Shown: piece after piece, positions 13,818 through 28,104 of the stretch | Position numbering within the stretch: position 1 is the first letter of the stretch | Layout: the number at the start of each line of letters is the position of its first letter | Origin: Mytilus edulis | Lineage: Eukaryota | DNA: 64,000 nt | Assembly (NCBI RefSeq): GCF_963676685.1 | Contig: NC_092351.1 | Location: 89,652,001-89,716,000 of the forward strand | Direction: 5' to 3' | Notes under the pieces: generated by a model | Databases searched by the model: none | Told to the model about the DNA's origin: nothing | Seen by the model: only the letters and a program-made list of their open reading frames with translations | Position numbers and translations under genes: made by a program

Positions 13818-14220
13818 TATAGGTGTAAACATACAGCTACGTATAATTTATTATAGTGTTTAAGGTATCAGGAGACAGTTGAAGAAATGTTGGTCCTTGT
13901 AGAACACATATTGAATGATAATTTTGAAAAATACAAAAACGTATGAATTATTTTTCAATTTGAAAGCAGTTTATGCCTGTTAATAAGATATGAATTACTT
14001 AGTTTGATATTTCCAAAAGTACGATGGCCAGTACGGTTTGCTGTTTAGATAACGGAATATTGATCCAGTGTCCATAAAATGTTCGGAAGTTAAAACTTTT
14101 ACGTGGACAGGAATGAAGACCATACCATTGGTATTGCGTGTCTTTTTCAAGTCTTGTACACCAAAACCGGATCAAATACTCCAACCCACTACACGTTTAG
14201 GACGTCCCTAGCACCAACTT

Positions 14221-14876
14221 CATCATTACAAATATATCATCATACAAATATATCATCATACAAATACATCATCATATAAATATATCATCATTACAAATAT
14301 ATCATCATACAAATATATCATCATACAAATATATCATCATACAAATATATCATCATTACAAATATATCATCATACAAATATATCATTTATACAAATATAT
14401 CATCATTACAAATATATCATCATATAAATATATCATCATTACAAATATATCATCATTACAAATAGATCATCATACAAAAATATCATCATTACAAATATAT
14501 CATCATTACAAATATATAAATATATCATCATACAAATATATCATCATTACAAATATATCATCATTACAAATATATCATCATACAAATATATCATCATTAC
14601 AAATATATCATCATACAAATATATTATCATACAAATATATCATCATACAAATATATCATCATACAAATATATCATCATTACAAATTTATCATAAATACAA
14701 ATATATCATCATACAAATATATCATCATTACAAATATATCATCTTTACAAAAGATCATCATACAAATATATCATCATACACAAATGTCATCATTACAAAT
14801 ATATCATCATTACAAATATAGCATCATTACAAATATAGCATCATTACAAATATATAAAATATACCATCATACAAAA
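14221..14876. repeat. 16-17-bp tandem repeat (catcat[t]acaaatatat)n, about 40 copies; probable expanded LINE 3' tail
   Basis: Direct reading; lies at the 3' end of the minus-strand LINE remnant. Confidence 0.9.
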
Positions 14877-15049
14877 TACTCAATAATAATAGGATTCGGA
14901 AACAATCTGTATATGGCTTATACTAATCCGTCTCCTTGAAATAATAACTCCAGTTAACGATAACATAAATATAGCATGCAATTTTACAATGATATGGAAG
15001 AAGAATAAAAAAGTATCTATATAACAGAAAAAGAATGTAGAGATACAAA

Positions 15050-16035
15050 ATATAATTTTAAAATAATGAAAATACAACAAAAGAAGAAAAAAAAAGTAAT
15101 AGAAAAAATTAGACGAAGAATAGAAGACAAAAAAAAAGAATAAACTTAAATACTACACACATGTTTAGATGAAATGCAACTTTGTGAAAATATTTAATAA
15201 CAATTTTACTTGTAAATCTTTTGCACTTTAGTAAGAAGTTTTGTACTTTTCCAAAAATATCTTTGTTTTGGTCTAAAGTTAGAGCTTGTGATCCAAATGA
15301 AAGTAAGTTCGTGTTTAGGGTGACTGGATAATTAAATGAGAAAATAATATTATTACGCAATTCGTCATATATTTTACAATGCAATAACAAATGAGCTGTA
15401 GACTCGATTAGACCACAAGAGCACTTTGAAAAATCTACTAGATTTTCGTTTGAACAAATGTTCATTTAAAGAACTACTATTAATCTGTAACCTAGCATGT
15501 AATACTTGACCCATTCTTGTACAAGTGTAGTAAAAATTAGGGCAATTATTATTTGGGGTTTTTATACGACCTTTAAAAATACTGAATGGCGTAGAATTTC
15601 TTGTTTGATCTGGTGACTTATTCCACAATTTATTAGACGAAGGAAGGAAATAATCGGAGTATACATTAGTTCGTGTATGTATTTCCGAAGTATTTTGAGT
15701 CTGACGAGAGAAATGATTTATGTAAATTAACTATTTGATTTGGTACCAAGTTTTGTAAATAATCTGGAGTTTTCTTATTTACCATTTTATAACAAATAGT
15801 GATATTTTGTTTTCCCCTTCTTTCTGAAAGTGTTTCCCAACCCATTTCCTCATAAAGCATCTGTATAGAAGTTAATATATTCCTACCCGTTACAATTCTC
15901 ATAGCTTCAGTTTGAACATTTTCCACCTTATTAACCAAGTATTGTGTTTGGTTATCCCAAATGACTTTCCAGTACTTTAATTCTGGTCGAATATATGAAA
16001 AATACATTTTTTCTCAAGTGAATTTATCGAGTACA
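15050..16035 (-). mobile_element. 5'-truncated, frameshifted CR1/L2-type LINE (C-terminal part of ORF2)
   Basis: Three consecutive minus-strand ORF pieces: YFSYIRPELKY..VIWD, VENVQTEAMRIVTG, LYEEMGWETLSERR, and CSCG..ESTAHLLLHC..Y (terminal CCHC). Confidence 0.85.
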
Positions 16036-16311
16036 CTTTGATTTGTAAAGTTATATACCTGTATAGTAAATCAGCCATATTTTTTGTGTTTATAGGATTC
16101 AATGTACAATACAATGGACAGCAATATTGTAATACAATAACAACAAATTTTTGTTTGCATAAATTAAGGGTGACAGCATGAAGCGTGCGAGGAAATTTTG
16201 TTGAATTGAGTATTTGACGTTCTTATTTTTATATGTTTTTCTTCTTCAAATAACATTACATTTTTCCGTATCATTTCATTTTGTTCATGAATGTTTTTCT
16301 ATTTATTGTAG

Positions 16312-16320
16312 GAATTTAAA
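16312..16320 (+). CDS. 9-nt phase-2 microexon, cassette B (x-N-L-N/K)
   Basis: tttttctatttattgtag|GAATTTAAA|gtaagt. Confidence 0.7.
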
Positions 16321-17564
16321 GTAAGTATACATTTTTATTTGCCTTTCTTTAGATTTTCGTTGTATAATTATATCTGAGTTCATCGACTTGTAACTGAGTT
16401 TGAAAACCCATTGTTTTCACATAATGTTTTGAACCATAATTTTCAGACTCGGAAAGGATTACAGTGTTCCTCAATAATACTGTTCATGTTATAATCATAA
16501 ATAAATCGATACATGTACTACTGAAAAACATTGTGATCACGTAGATTTATCCTTGTTCTATTATGAGATACAAATTGAGTTCACGTTAGGTTCCGCTCCG
16601 CTGATTTTGGCCGAAATTATGCACTTATGAATTTTCGTGAAAATAACATGTATAAACACTTTGTTCCTGAACGCATTTAAATATTTTGAGTTGAAATCTT
16701 TTTAGAAATCACTGGAATTAAACCTCGACAAATCCAAGTTACAACAGTTATAAAGACCTTTTCGTGAAAACCTTCTAATAATGAGCCCGCAACCGTTTTT
16801 GAAAACGGGACCATAATTAAGTGTCTGACACCACATCTTGGTTTTGTTTTTGTTTCATTTTGCTCTTTGTCATCAACATTTTGATGAGTTACAAGACAGG
16901 AGTACCAAGTGGAACTGGAGTACCTATCTTAGAAACCGTAATCAATCCATGCAGTGTTGACGTGTGAAGGATAGTTTATTTTATCATGTGATGGTTATTT
17001 CTACAAAGATATTTACTGCATTTTGACATTGTTTGATTTCATTGCTTTGTCTTATAATTGTTCTTTTATTTAACCAACGATTGCCAATGCCGTCACAAGT
17101 TGTTTTTGATAACAACATTGCCTATTGCACAATGTTTCCATCCTCATAACCATAGGTGTCGAAACACATTACAATATTGCCAGAATTCCCCTTTAGATTA
17201 CAACCAACAGTTGACAAGAACCAAAGATGGATTTAACCAGATTATTATTTTTTCAAAAACAAATAACGCTTTGTTCGTTTCAATACCGAATGCTTGACCA
17301 GGTGTTATTTTCTCATATTAACTTTTAAGAATGAACCTTGTACAGTGTATGTCATAAACATTTTGCAAGGAACAATCAGAAACTATAGAACACATACTGT
17401 TGGTTGTTTGTCATATTCATGATATTGTAGTAGAAATCACTGTTTGAATTTATGAAGCAACACATATTGATATTCCAATAAATATTGATATTGTAATTTT
17501 TGGCCTATATGAAAACTTTTATCTATACCAGTCATTTCACTGGCAAAGTACATATCAAAGATGC

Positions 17565-17802
17565 AACAGATCCTGCTCCCCATGTGGCACCTGACATGTT
17601 GCTTATGTGATAACAAATCCGGCCAATAGTCTAATTCGGTAGGTCACATTCATGAAAGGGAAGGGGATTGTAGTTACGACGAAAGGAACATATCCGATAT
17701 CATTTGTGAAACGTTTTTCCATATCGGTCAACCAACTCGTGATGGCGTCCGTAAAATTTACGAAGGGATCATTTCAATTTCACCATTTGGAACTCTTGGT
17801 TT
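17565..17802 (-). mobile_element. Penelope-like element 3' fragment
   Basis: Reverse complement matches pieces of 58185-58340 (gtgacctaccgaatt, gatatcggatatgtt, tacggacgccatcacgagttg); related copies at about 35100-35500 and 36220-36630. Confidence 0.6.
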
Positions 17803-19444
17803 AAACGAGGCGTCATTTGTTCATATTATGTCAAAGAAAATGAGAGCAAAAAGGCTCTTCCAATCACTGAGAATAGTTTTATTGCCGACGTTGCACTGGC
17901 ATATATTAATTTGATGACATTATCGTAAATTTCTCTAAATAAACATTCGATATATGCATTGCATCCTTTGTCATAACCGCGTGAACTACTGAATTAAGAA
18001 GGGTATTTTGCTAATTTGCATAACGGCCATTTTGTGCTATCATAACGGCAGCCATTACATTATCATTATATATGCCTCTAAATTAAAAATGCCAATATGC
18101 CAATTTGTATCAACAATTTGTCTGGGTACAGATTTTTAGGGTTCCGTTCGTGTTCAAAAGATCATTGACTACAGCAACTTTGAAAACTTTCAGCCTTTTA
18201 AGTTTTAAAAATCGGAAGCGTAACCAACTGATAATTGCTATATAAAATAGCTAAAAATCGTCGAAACGCAAGGTTCAGAACAGAAATCAAGATACAAAAA
18301 TATATTGATATTGCCAAAACCAAAGCTATGAATTGAGCTTTAATAAATTCGTCATAACAGTTATTAAAACTATTTTTTATAGTCCTTCACATATTGAGCT
18401 TGCAATCGTTTTTGAAAACGAGGCCATACATGTCATTCTGACACATCAATGAATTGTTTTTGCTACCCTTTGTCATCTGTAATTTAATGAGTTACACGGT
18501 AGGAATACAAAGTAGAGCTGAAAACATATTTAAGAAACTAGTATAAATCCACGCAGTGTTAACATGTAAGGACCAGTTTATTTAATCATGTTGATAGTTA
18601 TGTCTCCAGCGCTATTGGCTGTATTTTGACTTTTTGTGATTCCATTGCTTTGCCTTATAATTATGTTTTTTTTTATCCTACGATTACCAATGCAGTCACA
18701 TTTTTTTGTTGGATAACAACAATGACCTTTGCATCAGGTTTCCATCATAACAATAGTCATAAATAACTTTTAGATTATAGCCAACAATGAAAAAGAACCA
18801 ATGATAAATTTTAACCTGGTTTATTTTACAATTTTACCAGAAATAGTATACAAATTGAAATGCCACCTAGACTGTTAAATGTCTTTTCTTTGTCCGGATT
18901 TTTCTCCTAACTGTTTCGAAAATCAAACCGAATATTATTTAAGATTAGTTCACAAAGTAATATGATGTTGTTCATAAATTCAAACTATGAATACAACAAC
19001 TCCAACGAACATCTATAAACACCAAGATATCCATGTCTGAATAACTTTTGTGTCTGTATATCTGGTTACTACTGAAACCTTTACAAATGTTTTAGAACAC
19101 AGTAAAAATTTTGATTTCGAACCGTTGATTATGGTCGAGTTTGTAACCATTCCATCAATTTCAATGATTGATCTAGTGATTTGATAACATCTTATGTGAA
19201 CAAGTATAAATGTTAGACAGCCCAATCATGAAAAATTGTATTGGGCCGCATACAACAAATTAGGGTAAGATAAATTTACACTGATTTGTAAACATTTCTT
19301 GTAAACAAATATAAATGGTGAACAACCCAATAATGTAACGTCTGTCTGGGCCATGCACAACACATTAGGTCAAGATGATTAACGTGAAAATTACAATATC
19401 ATAACACTAACAAATTCAAAAAAGATTAATTAATTGTTAGTTGC

Positions 19445-19965
19445 TGTATGAAGATAATTCGTCAAAGGCTGTAACTTTTTATTGTAAATGATGTTTCAAC
19501 CTAAAAATACACAATATGACAATATTCAACTAACACACAAGTCATAAGTTTGATATGTTGACATCGCGATTGATAACCGTTAATAGACACAATAAGCAGT
19601 TCAAACATTTGTTCAATAATAATGTGCATATCACTTACGCATTGACGGCCTATATCATATCAATCATTAGCTAATAACTTGTAGGTTTTCCAGAATGAAC
19701 AAAGAAGTTCAAAAACCATTTCAGTGTTAAATCGAGTAAGGGGAAAGAAACGAGTCTGTATACAGTACTTTCTGCTCATGATAATACCTCCATAATTTGG
19801 AGCACCACTTCTTTAACGTATAATGTACTTTATCACATAAACAATTCAGGATAAGTCCGTCATAAAATCAATACTAATATCGGAAAAGTTATCAGATTAA
19901 AATAATCGCCATACAATCCAAAATTAATTATCAATCAAAGTTATAATGTTTATCAATCCGATACA
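19445..19965 (-). repeat. 3' LTR of the BEL/Pao element
   Basis: Direct repeat of 25547-26067; I see 2 mismatches. Confidence 0.97.
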
Positions 19966-20008
19966 TTCCCCGCCATAAAGTTTGTGTGAAATTAACTCTC
20001 ATTTGTTA

Positions 20009-23000
20009 CTAACATTGTTCTTCAACTGGAAGCAACACTACAATTATGTGTGCAGATCTTCGGATCAATAAGTCCTGAGTTCCGGTGTATTTAGTTCCCG
20101 GTCCAATGTTCTTGTATCGAACGGTTACATCCCTTGTCACACCATCTCTACTTGAGTTTGCTTCAACTATTTGTCCTAATTTCCAATTACTACGAAACGA
20201 ATTGTTGTCCTGCACAAGAACAAAGTCCAAACTTGAAGGTTCCGTTTACTCACATGCCATTTCTGCCTAATAATTAACGATGGAAAATAATCTCTGTGCC
20301 ATTTTCTCCAAAATGTATTAACTACTTGTTGCACGAATTTCCAACGTTTTTTGAAATTGTCTGATTCATCCCAATGTCCTACTGGCACATTCGAAGATGC
20401 TCTTCCGAGAATAAGATCATTCGGACATAAATATGTTCCCTCGTTCGGATCAGACGTTGAAGTTCCTATAGGTCGCTCATTCAAAATGTTGGCTACTTCA
20501 AGTAACACGGTTTGTAGTTCAGAAAATGTCATGATTGATTGTCCAATGGCAAGACTCAAACTTTTCTTGACGGATTTAATCAATGCTTCACTGCATCCAT
20601 TTTCCCAAGGAGCATCAGCTGCTTTTGTAAATTCCCATTCCATGCCGTTACCGTTCCCAAACATTTTGATCGTATCCCAATGCCAACTTTTTACTACTTC
20701 CTTTAGTTCCTTACTAGCTGATACTAGTTGTGATCCAAGATCCGACCTTATCTTCTTAGGATATCCTCTAATAGATGTAAATCGTCGTAATACCATTATG
20801 AAACTACTAGTATCGTATCCATCAGCAAGATCTACATATACAGCTCTACTGCTCATGCAGTTGAACAACACTCCATAAGCTTTTCCACGAGTGCGCCCCT
20901 TAACGGTATCCTTAATTGTAAGAGGTCCGAAGAGGTCTACTGAACAGTACGAAAACGCTGGTGACGGTTGAAGTCGTTCCAAAGGTAATGGTCCCATTTG
21001 TTGTCCAATACATTTGTTTTCTCGTCTTCGACATATAATGCATTTTTTCCTAATCATAGAAATGTATTTGCGCACCTTTGGAATCCAGAATCTGGATCTC
21101 ACTTTAGCCAATGTTACGTCTACTCCTGCGTGATCCTGATCATGTACTGACTTTAAGTATAACCACACATAATGCCCTTTATTAGGTAATAGCATTAAAT
21201 CAGTTCTGTTCCAAGTGGCTTTCAGCCAATCAGCTAATCTTTTACCAACAACAACTATACCCGCGTCATTCTTTTCTGGAGATAGTCTTCGAAATGTTTT
21301 TATCCAATTATCCGAAATGTCTCTTTGTAAATATCTAATCCATTCAAATTCTGCAGCATTTAGACTTTCGGCAGTTACACCCATTGATGCACCTTTGAAT
21401 GATTTTGTAGTGGCGATTCGCATCAGTATGCATGTTACTCGCAAAAGTTTTGAATATGATGAAATGTTTTCCAGTTTAACATCTTCGAAATTTAAACCAG
21501 ACATTGTATCATTCATCTTCTTGATATCAGATGACATAACAATACCTATCGTGTCGGGTAGCTTGTCATTACCTAAATTACAATCTTGCCTTAAAGGCCA
21601 CTGGTCTATTGGATCATTTAAAAATTTAGGTCCATTTTTCCATATTGAGTTCTTAACTAAATCATTAGGAGATGTAATCCTTGTTGCGAGGTCCGCTCCA
21701 TTGAATTCACTTGGTACGCACCACCAATCGGACGGTTCAGTCTTATTTTGAATTTCTGCTACTCTTGTAGCAACAAATGTGCCGAATCCATAACTCTCTC
21801 GTTGAATTTGTGCCCTAACAATCATTGAATCGACTATGTGTATAACTCGACTAAATTTATAATCCATCTCCTCTACTAACTTTTGTCTAATCCTAGCTGC
21901 CAATACAGCTCCACATAATTCCAGTCTAGGAACAGACATCTGTTTAGTTGGTGCTATACGGTTTTTTGCTATCACTAACCGTGATTCAAATCCCGCTTGA
22001 TCTGTTCCCCATCTGACATATGCACATGTTCCATAAGCTAATTTACTTCCATCCGAAAATATGACTAGCATGGGATCCCCAACAGCATTATTTGGCTTTA
22101 AACATCTGTGAAATTTCAACTGTTCTATGTCGAAAAGCTCTTTGAAAAAATCCATCCATTCTAACCGTGATTCTGCTGACATGGCATAATCCCATCGAGA
22201 ATTGTGTAAAGTCTTGTCATTTGTATTGTTTTCTATGCATAGCTTTCGCATTAGAACCTTAGCTGCTAAAGTATACGGAGTAGCAAGTCCTAACGGATCA
22301 TATACACTAGCAACTTGACTGAGTACCATTCGAGGAGTTAATGACGTAGGTACGCTACTTTCAATCTGTGACTTCGTTATATTTTCTCCTTTCCGAACAT
22401 TCTTGTACTTAGGAGAAAAATTAATCTTCACCTTGAAATCGAACAAGTCTTGTTTTGGATCCCACCTCATTCCGAGAATTTTCTCATGCGCAAATTCATC
22501 TAAATCAACCTCCACGGATTCACCACTAACTGGGGATTGTAGATTACTGCCGCATTTTTCATTCCCAGATATAATCCAATGTTTAATGCGAAAACCTCCA
22601 CATGCCAGCATTTTCTCGGTCTGCTGGGTTATCAAACGAGCATTATCTACACTTTCAACTGACTGTAATATATCATCTACATAACTATTTCTTATCACCA
22701 TTTTTGATGCATCTGGGTAGATGTGTTGATACATTTGTGCTGTTTGATGTAATGCAAGCGTCGAAATAGCTCCACTCGGTCTGTCGCCAAAAGTAACTGT
22801 CAACAATGCATAGTGATCTGGATCTCTGTGTGTTTCTAAATTTCTCCACACAAATCGGTGTGTGTGTGCTGATCTAACGGTGAAAGTCTTATCGCATTGT
22901 ACATTTTTGAAATGTCACCAGCCAAAGCTGTAGATTCTTGTCTGAAACGAATTAAGACCGCTAACAAATCATTGATCACATTGGACCCTTTCGCCCAATA

Positions 23001-25529
23001 GTCATTCAGAGTGTGTCCCATATAAGATGATGAGGAGTTAAATACGATTCTTAATGGTGTCGATTTTGATTCGGGTTTTAATACCTCATGATGTGGTATG
23101 TAATGTATCGGACCGTTATGTCTCATCATTTCCTCCTTGGTCAATTTCCTTGCTATGCCACGTTTCACCATATCCATAATCTGTTCATCGTAGGCACTTG
23201 CATATTTTAATGAATTTCGGAGTAGTCGTTTTTCGGTAGATCCAAGTCTTGATACGGCTGAATTCACGTTATTTGGTAGGTTGTTTGGATTTTTTATCCA
23301 GGGGTAATTTACTATCCATTGCTGTGATTCTTCATCATGTATCATGCCTGATTTAATGATATTTAATTCCCTCTCCTCTCTTAAACTATGTTGCGATTGT
23401 CCCACAGCACATTTGCCACACTTACATGAACCACATTTTAATGTGGTTTGTTTCCCTGGCCCTTCTATGTCAAAAAGAGAATCTAGTTTGTCTTTAATAC
23501 TGTCTCTGTCCAATACATGAATATCATTTAACGGAATGATTTTTCCAGATGCCCAGTAAATACGGACTATGCCATGGTTTGACAATTTTGGCACTTCTAG
23601 ATGAGGATGACTGCCACGAATGCAGTACCCAAACTGATTTTTCATTAACTGTAGATTTCCAATTTGTTCTTCTTTATTAGGCATTAAAATACAACAATCT
23701 GTGCCGATCAATATGTCTACTTGGCAAGTTGGTCTTTGTATATCATTCTTGTTGATACCTTTGAACAGTTGTTCGACTCTACTCATATCAACTCTTGCAA
23801 CCTCGGCCGTAACTTCCTCCATGCCATATGCTTTTATTGTCCATATCTTACCTCCAAGGTCAGTCAACGGTATTACATACTCTTTGCTTTGTACATGTTC
23901 GGTTACATTTCCAACCTTTGTCACAGATAATGTTATATCTTGTCCAGATAATCCTAATCGTTTAGCAGTTTTGTGTGTGATCAGTGACATGTTTGCTCCA
24001 GGGTCCCAAAGTGTTGTCAAAGACATGTCCTTACACTGAACTGAACTGATCATCAATAGTACCCCATTCTTGTTCTTGTCATCGTTTATCACCTGTGTAG
24101 AGTTATGAAAGGATATGCCATCCATGTGTGCAGTGTGCAAATTTTTGTGATGAATTTTCCCACATGGTTGATGAAGTTCATTTTGTATGTCACAAGGTTT
24201 ACGGCTGTGACAATGTCTTGACAAATGTCCTATCTTTAGACAACTGAAACATCCACCATTTTTTCTCACTAAATCAACCTTTGTCTGACTATCTAATCTC
24301 GCAAATATAGAACAATCACCTATTTCATGATTATCTGATTTGTGATACCAACATTTAAACTTCCCTTCTGTATTTCTATTTGTACCGGCATATTTGTCTG
24401 CATTGTATCGACTTGTTGGTTTGTTTGACATTGCTTGAGCTACCTGTGCAAGACCTTCAACAACCTGTTTCATCACTTGTTGGTTCTCTTGTAATTGTAC
24501 TTGTAAGGGATCTACAGCTACATCATTATTATTTTCGTCATTTTCGGATTCATTTGCATCCAAAGTATTGATCTTTCCTTTTGCTGTTCCATATTCACGC
24601 AAATCAGACTCCATGTACTCAAGAGCACTTTTTTCCTCTAACAAAAAATTTAAGAACTCTTTGAAACTCAGGGGAATACTTTTCAATTCTGTCTTTTGTT
24701 TTCGCAATGCCCATTCACGTTTTTGTATAGGGGGTAGGAGTTTTTCTATCTGACTCACCATAGTTGCTGTGTTCATCTCGGATTCGAGGTTCATACGTTT
24801 TAAATCAAGCCAACATTTCTCGACAGTTTCTACTACCGAAATAAACTTCATGTTGTCACCTTCTTGAACTTTCTTTAATCTTTTTAATTCATTTAATATG
24901 TGATCAATCAATTGCTCTGCTCTGCCATATTTCATATCAAGACGCCGAAACATTTCCTCGAAATCATTGTCAACACCTTTCACAACAGTTAAGGCTTCAC
25001 CACTTAAACATTGCTTCAGAGCATAAGGATCTTTACCGTATGACGATATCATGTGTCTTTCATAATCAACTTTGAAACTTGGATAATCACGAATACTGCC
25101 AGCAAAAATAGGAGCCTCTAATTTTTTCACCCTAAACGTTTCAGTATCTTTATTTTTCTTAGCATGCTTCATGGAGTTTTGTTCTATTAACTTACTGTCT
25201 TGTTCATGCTTTATCTTCTGTCTTATATTCTCACACAATGATCTTGATTTACAAAGTTCTCGGTACATACCAGTTAAATCATGATTATATTCGTTTATCT
25301 TTGGTTTGTCTTCTTCATTTTCAGAATCAAATGTTTCTAAAAATACCTCATGTCTTGCTTCTAGTTCTGTGTAAGCTGTTTCCAAATCTTGAAGTATTTT
25401 GTCAACCACAATTATCCCAGACTCATCCTGTATTCCTTCTAGTAAGCGACCATATATTCTATGAAATCTCCCTTTGGCCGTACTTCTTTTCTTCTTTGTT
25501 ACTCTTTTGTGATCGGCATCAACAGACAT
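20009..25529 (-). pseudogene. BEL/Pao gag-pol polyprotein with two frameshifts (about 22860 and about 20230)
   Basis: Gag Zn knuckles (CFSCLKIGHLSRHC), protease LWDPGA, RT (LRIVFNSS, GDISKMY, YVDD), Pao-type RNase H (FSDGS, PRLELC), integrase (HDQDHAG..CIIC, DLFGP, SDLGSQ, PWENG), C-terminal WKLG..V..RDV.V. Confidence 0.95.
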
Positions 25530-25546
25530 CTTGCCTTGCGTTGAAA

Positions 25547-26067
25547 TGTATGAAGATAATTCGTCAAAGGCTGTAACTTTTTATTGTAAATGATGTTTCA
25601 ACCTAAAAATACACAATATGACAATATTCAACTAACACACAAGTCATAAGTTTGATATGTTGACATCGCGATTGATAACCGTTAATAGACACAATAAGCA
25701 GTTCAAACATTTGTTCAATAATAATGTGCATATCACTTACGCATTGACGGCCTATATCATATCAATCATTAGCTAATAACTTGTAGGTTTTCCAGAATGA
25801 ACAAAGAAGTTCAAAAACCATTTCAGTGTTAAATCGAGTAAGGGGAAAGAAACGAGTCTGTATACAGTACTTTCTGCTCATGATAATACCTCCATAATTT
25901 GGAGCACCACTTCTTTAACGTATAATGTACTTTATCACATAAACAATTCAGGATAAATCCGTCATAAAATCAATACTAATATCGGAAAAGTTATCAGATT
26001 AAAATAATCGCCATACAATCCAAAATTAATTATCAATCAAAGTTATAATGTTTATCGATCCGATACA
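25547..26067 (-). repeat. 5' LTR of the BEL/Pao element
   Basis: Direct repeat of 19445-19965. Confidence 0.97.
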
Positions 26068-28092
26068 GTTGCTTCATGTAGCATAAGTACAGAAATGCTA
26101 TATCGCGGCGATTTTGAAAAAAACAAAACACATGAAGCTTAATTGCATCAAATGTCCGGGGAAAAAAAACGTCGAGAGTGCTTAATGTAAGGATATTCAA
26201 TATAACAATGTGGTATGATTAACAATTGGACAACTATCCACCAGATACCTAATTAAGTAAATGAGCAAATCCCTTACTGTGTAATTCGGCCCGTCATAAC
26301 AAATTATAACACAATTCAAAAGAGCAGAACCAAGGGTCATCTTTGCCGTATAAGTGTTTCAGCCTTACCTTACAATTAACGAGTATATGGTGTTTCCATC
26401 ATGTGATTTGAACTTACTGCTTTAAATACAAACATCAGATGGTGTTTGTTATACATTAATCAGTCGCTTTCTTTAAATTATGTTGATGACGTTCGACTCT
26501 CAAACATAGGTTTATATATGTCTTAATCTTTATCAAACTCAGGTTCAAAGTTCAACATACAACGGAACAAAATAAAAAGCCATTATTTGATGCATGAGTA
26601 CATCAAAATTGTTTTCCACTGGGCATGCGTAATACATTTACAAAGCATGTCTGGTATCTTTAATGAGATTTGCAGTCCTGATATTATTACTAAGCTTTAT
26701 CATGAATTACCAGGTAAAAAATTGAATAACTCAACGAAATCTTCATTTTCAATAATTATGTCTGTTTTGCTATTGTAAAGTCTTATTTTTCGGTTCTGAA
26801 TTACTGGTATATTTGTATCAAATAAACGTTGACGTAAGGGTTTTGTTCGTCTGACAACAGTAACAACACATCATGTCAATCTGGGATTAACTTTTAAAGC
26901 TCGTTCTTGTTGGTTTTATCAGCACTCCAACACTTGAACAGATCCCTTAATTTGTAATAAGACCCGTCAAAACAAATTATAACACAATCCAACAGAGCAA
27001 AACCAATGGTTCTCTTTGCCTTATAAGTGTAACAGCTTAACATTAAAAATTACGAGTATATGGTGTTTAAATGATGTGATTTTACCCCTGTTTTAACTAC
27101 AAATATGAATTGTTGTAAAGTGGTACGATACATTAATGAGTCGCTTTCACTAAAATATGTTGAAGCTGTGCGACTCCCAAAGAAAGGTTCTATACATCTA
27201 AACCTGTATCACTTTCAGGTTCAAAGTTCAACAACCGAACAAAATGAAACGCCAATATTCGATTCATGTGTCCATCAAAATTATTTGTCACTAAGAATTG
27301 CTTTTATGTGGTCTTATTTGACTTGATGAATTCTGCATAAAGTGGTTGGTATTAACCTAAGTTTATCATGATTTTCCCGTTGAAATTTGAAAAATCAACG
27401 AAATCTTTTTTTTTAATAATTATGTCGGTTTTACTCTTTCTTAGTCTTACTTTTTAATTCTGAACTACTGGTATATTTCTATCAATACACAGTGACGTAG
27501 GATATTTGTTTGTCTGACAACATTCATAACAAATCATATCCATCTAGGTTTAACTTTTACACATTGTTCTTGTTGGTTTCATCAGCATTTCAACGGTTTA
27601 CGAAATGTTTTTAAATTCTTTTAAAATAATCCAGCATTACTGAAGCGTTATTAAATGTCGAAATGTTGAAATGATGCAAAATATTTTGTACCAATAATGC
27701 TGTTAATACAAATGAGAAAAAAAATGATAAAATTTCCGTTGCGATAAGAACTATGACTGCTTCAGATTAAAGTTGTTGGTTTATAGACAGAGGAATATCA
27801 GATAATATTTACATACTTTTATTATGTAATGTATCAGAAATCTAACTATCAATTAGTAGTTAAAGATCAGAAAGTTTTTATCAAATAAAAGTTTAACGTT
27901 AATGAATTCTCATGGAAAAAAAAGTGTAATGCAAATAAAAAGATAGAAAACCATAAGTCGTCTATTTGGAACCGAGTTTTAATTTCTGCTTTTTTTTATA
28001 TTAAAATCTAAGATTGATAGTCTTATTTCTAAATAGTGAGTTAATTCGTTAAATTATAAACTCATTAAAATATCTCTTAAAATCTTTAACAA

Positions 28093-28104
28093 AGGTCGAG
28101 GATT
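28093..28104 (+). pseudogene. Decayed 12-nt microexon, cassette B (acceptor AG changed to AA)
   Basis: aatctttaacaa|AGGTCGAGGATT|gtaagt; positional counterpart of exon 6435. Confidence 0.7.

Larger units (their letters stand above)
19445..26067 (-). mobile_element. Full-length BEL/Pao LTR retrotransposon, 6.6 kb, 5-bp TSD GTTGC
   Basis: 521-bp LTRs with TGTAT...ATACA ends; GTTGC at 19440-19444 and 26068-26072; PPT ggcggggaa next to the 3' LTR (19966-19974); gag-PR-RT-RH-IN order. Confidence 0.97.

Noticed and set aside
13999-14184. Minus-strand ORF in the GC-richer block duplicated at 37850-38071
   Set aside because: The frame is not conserved in the second copy and I recognise no motif; probably a TE or gene remnant.
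22836-22870. Programmed ribosomal frameshift between the two large BEL ORFs
   Set aside because: The break lies inside the RT domain at a (CA)n run, and removing 2 nt restores the conserved HRFVWR. BEL/Pao elements normally have one ORF.
20085-25576. Plus-strand ORFs overlapping gag-pol
   Set aside because: They are antisense shadows of the long coding frame, with no independent features.
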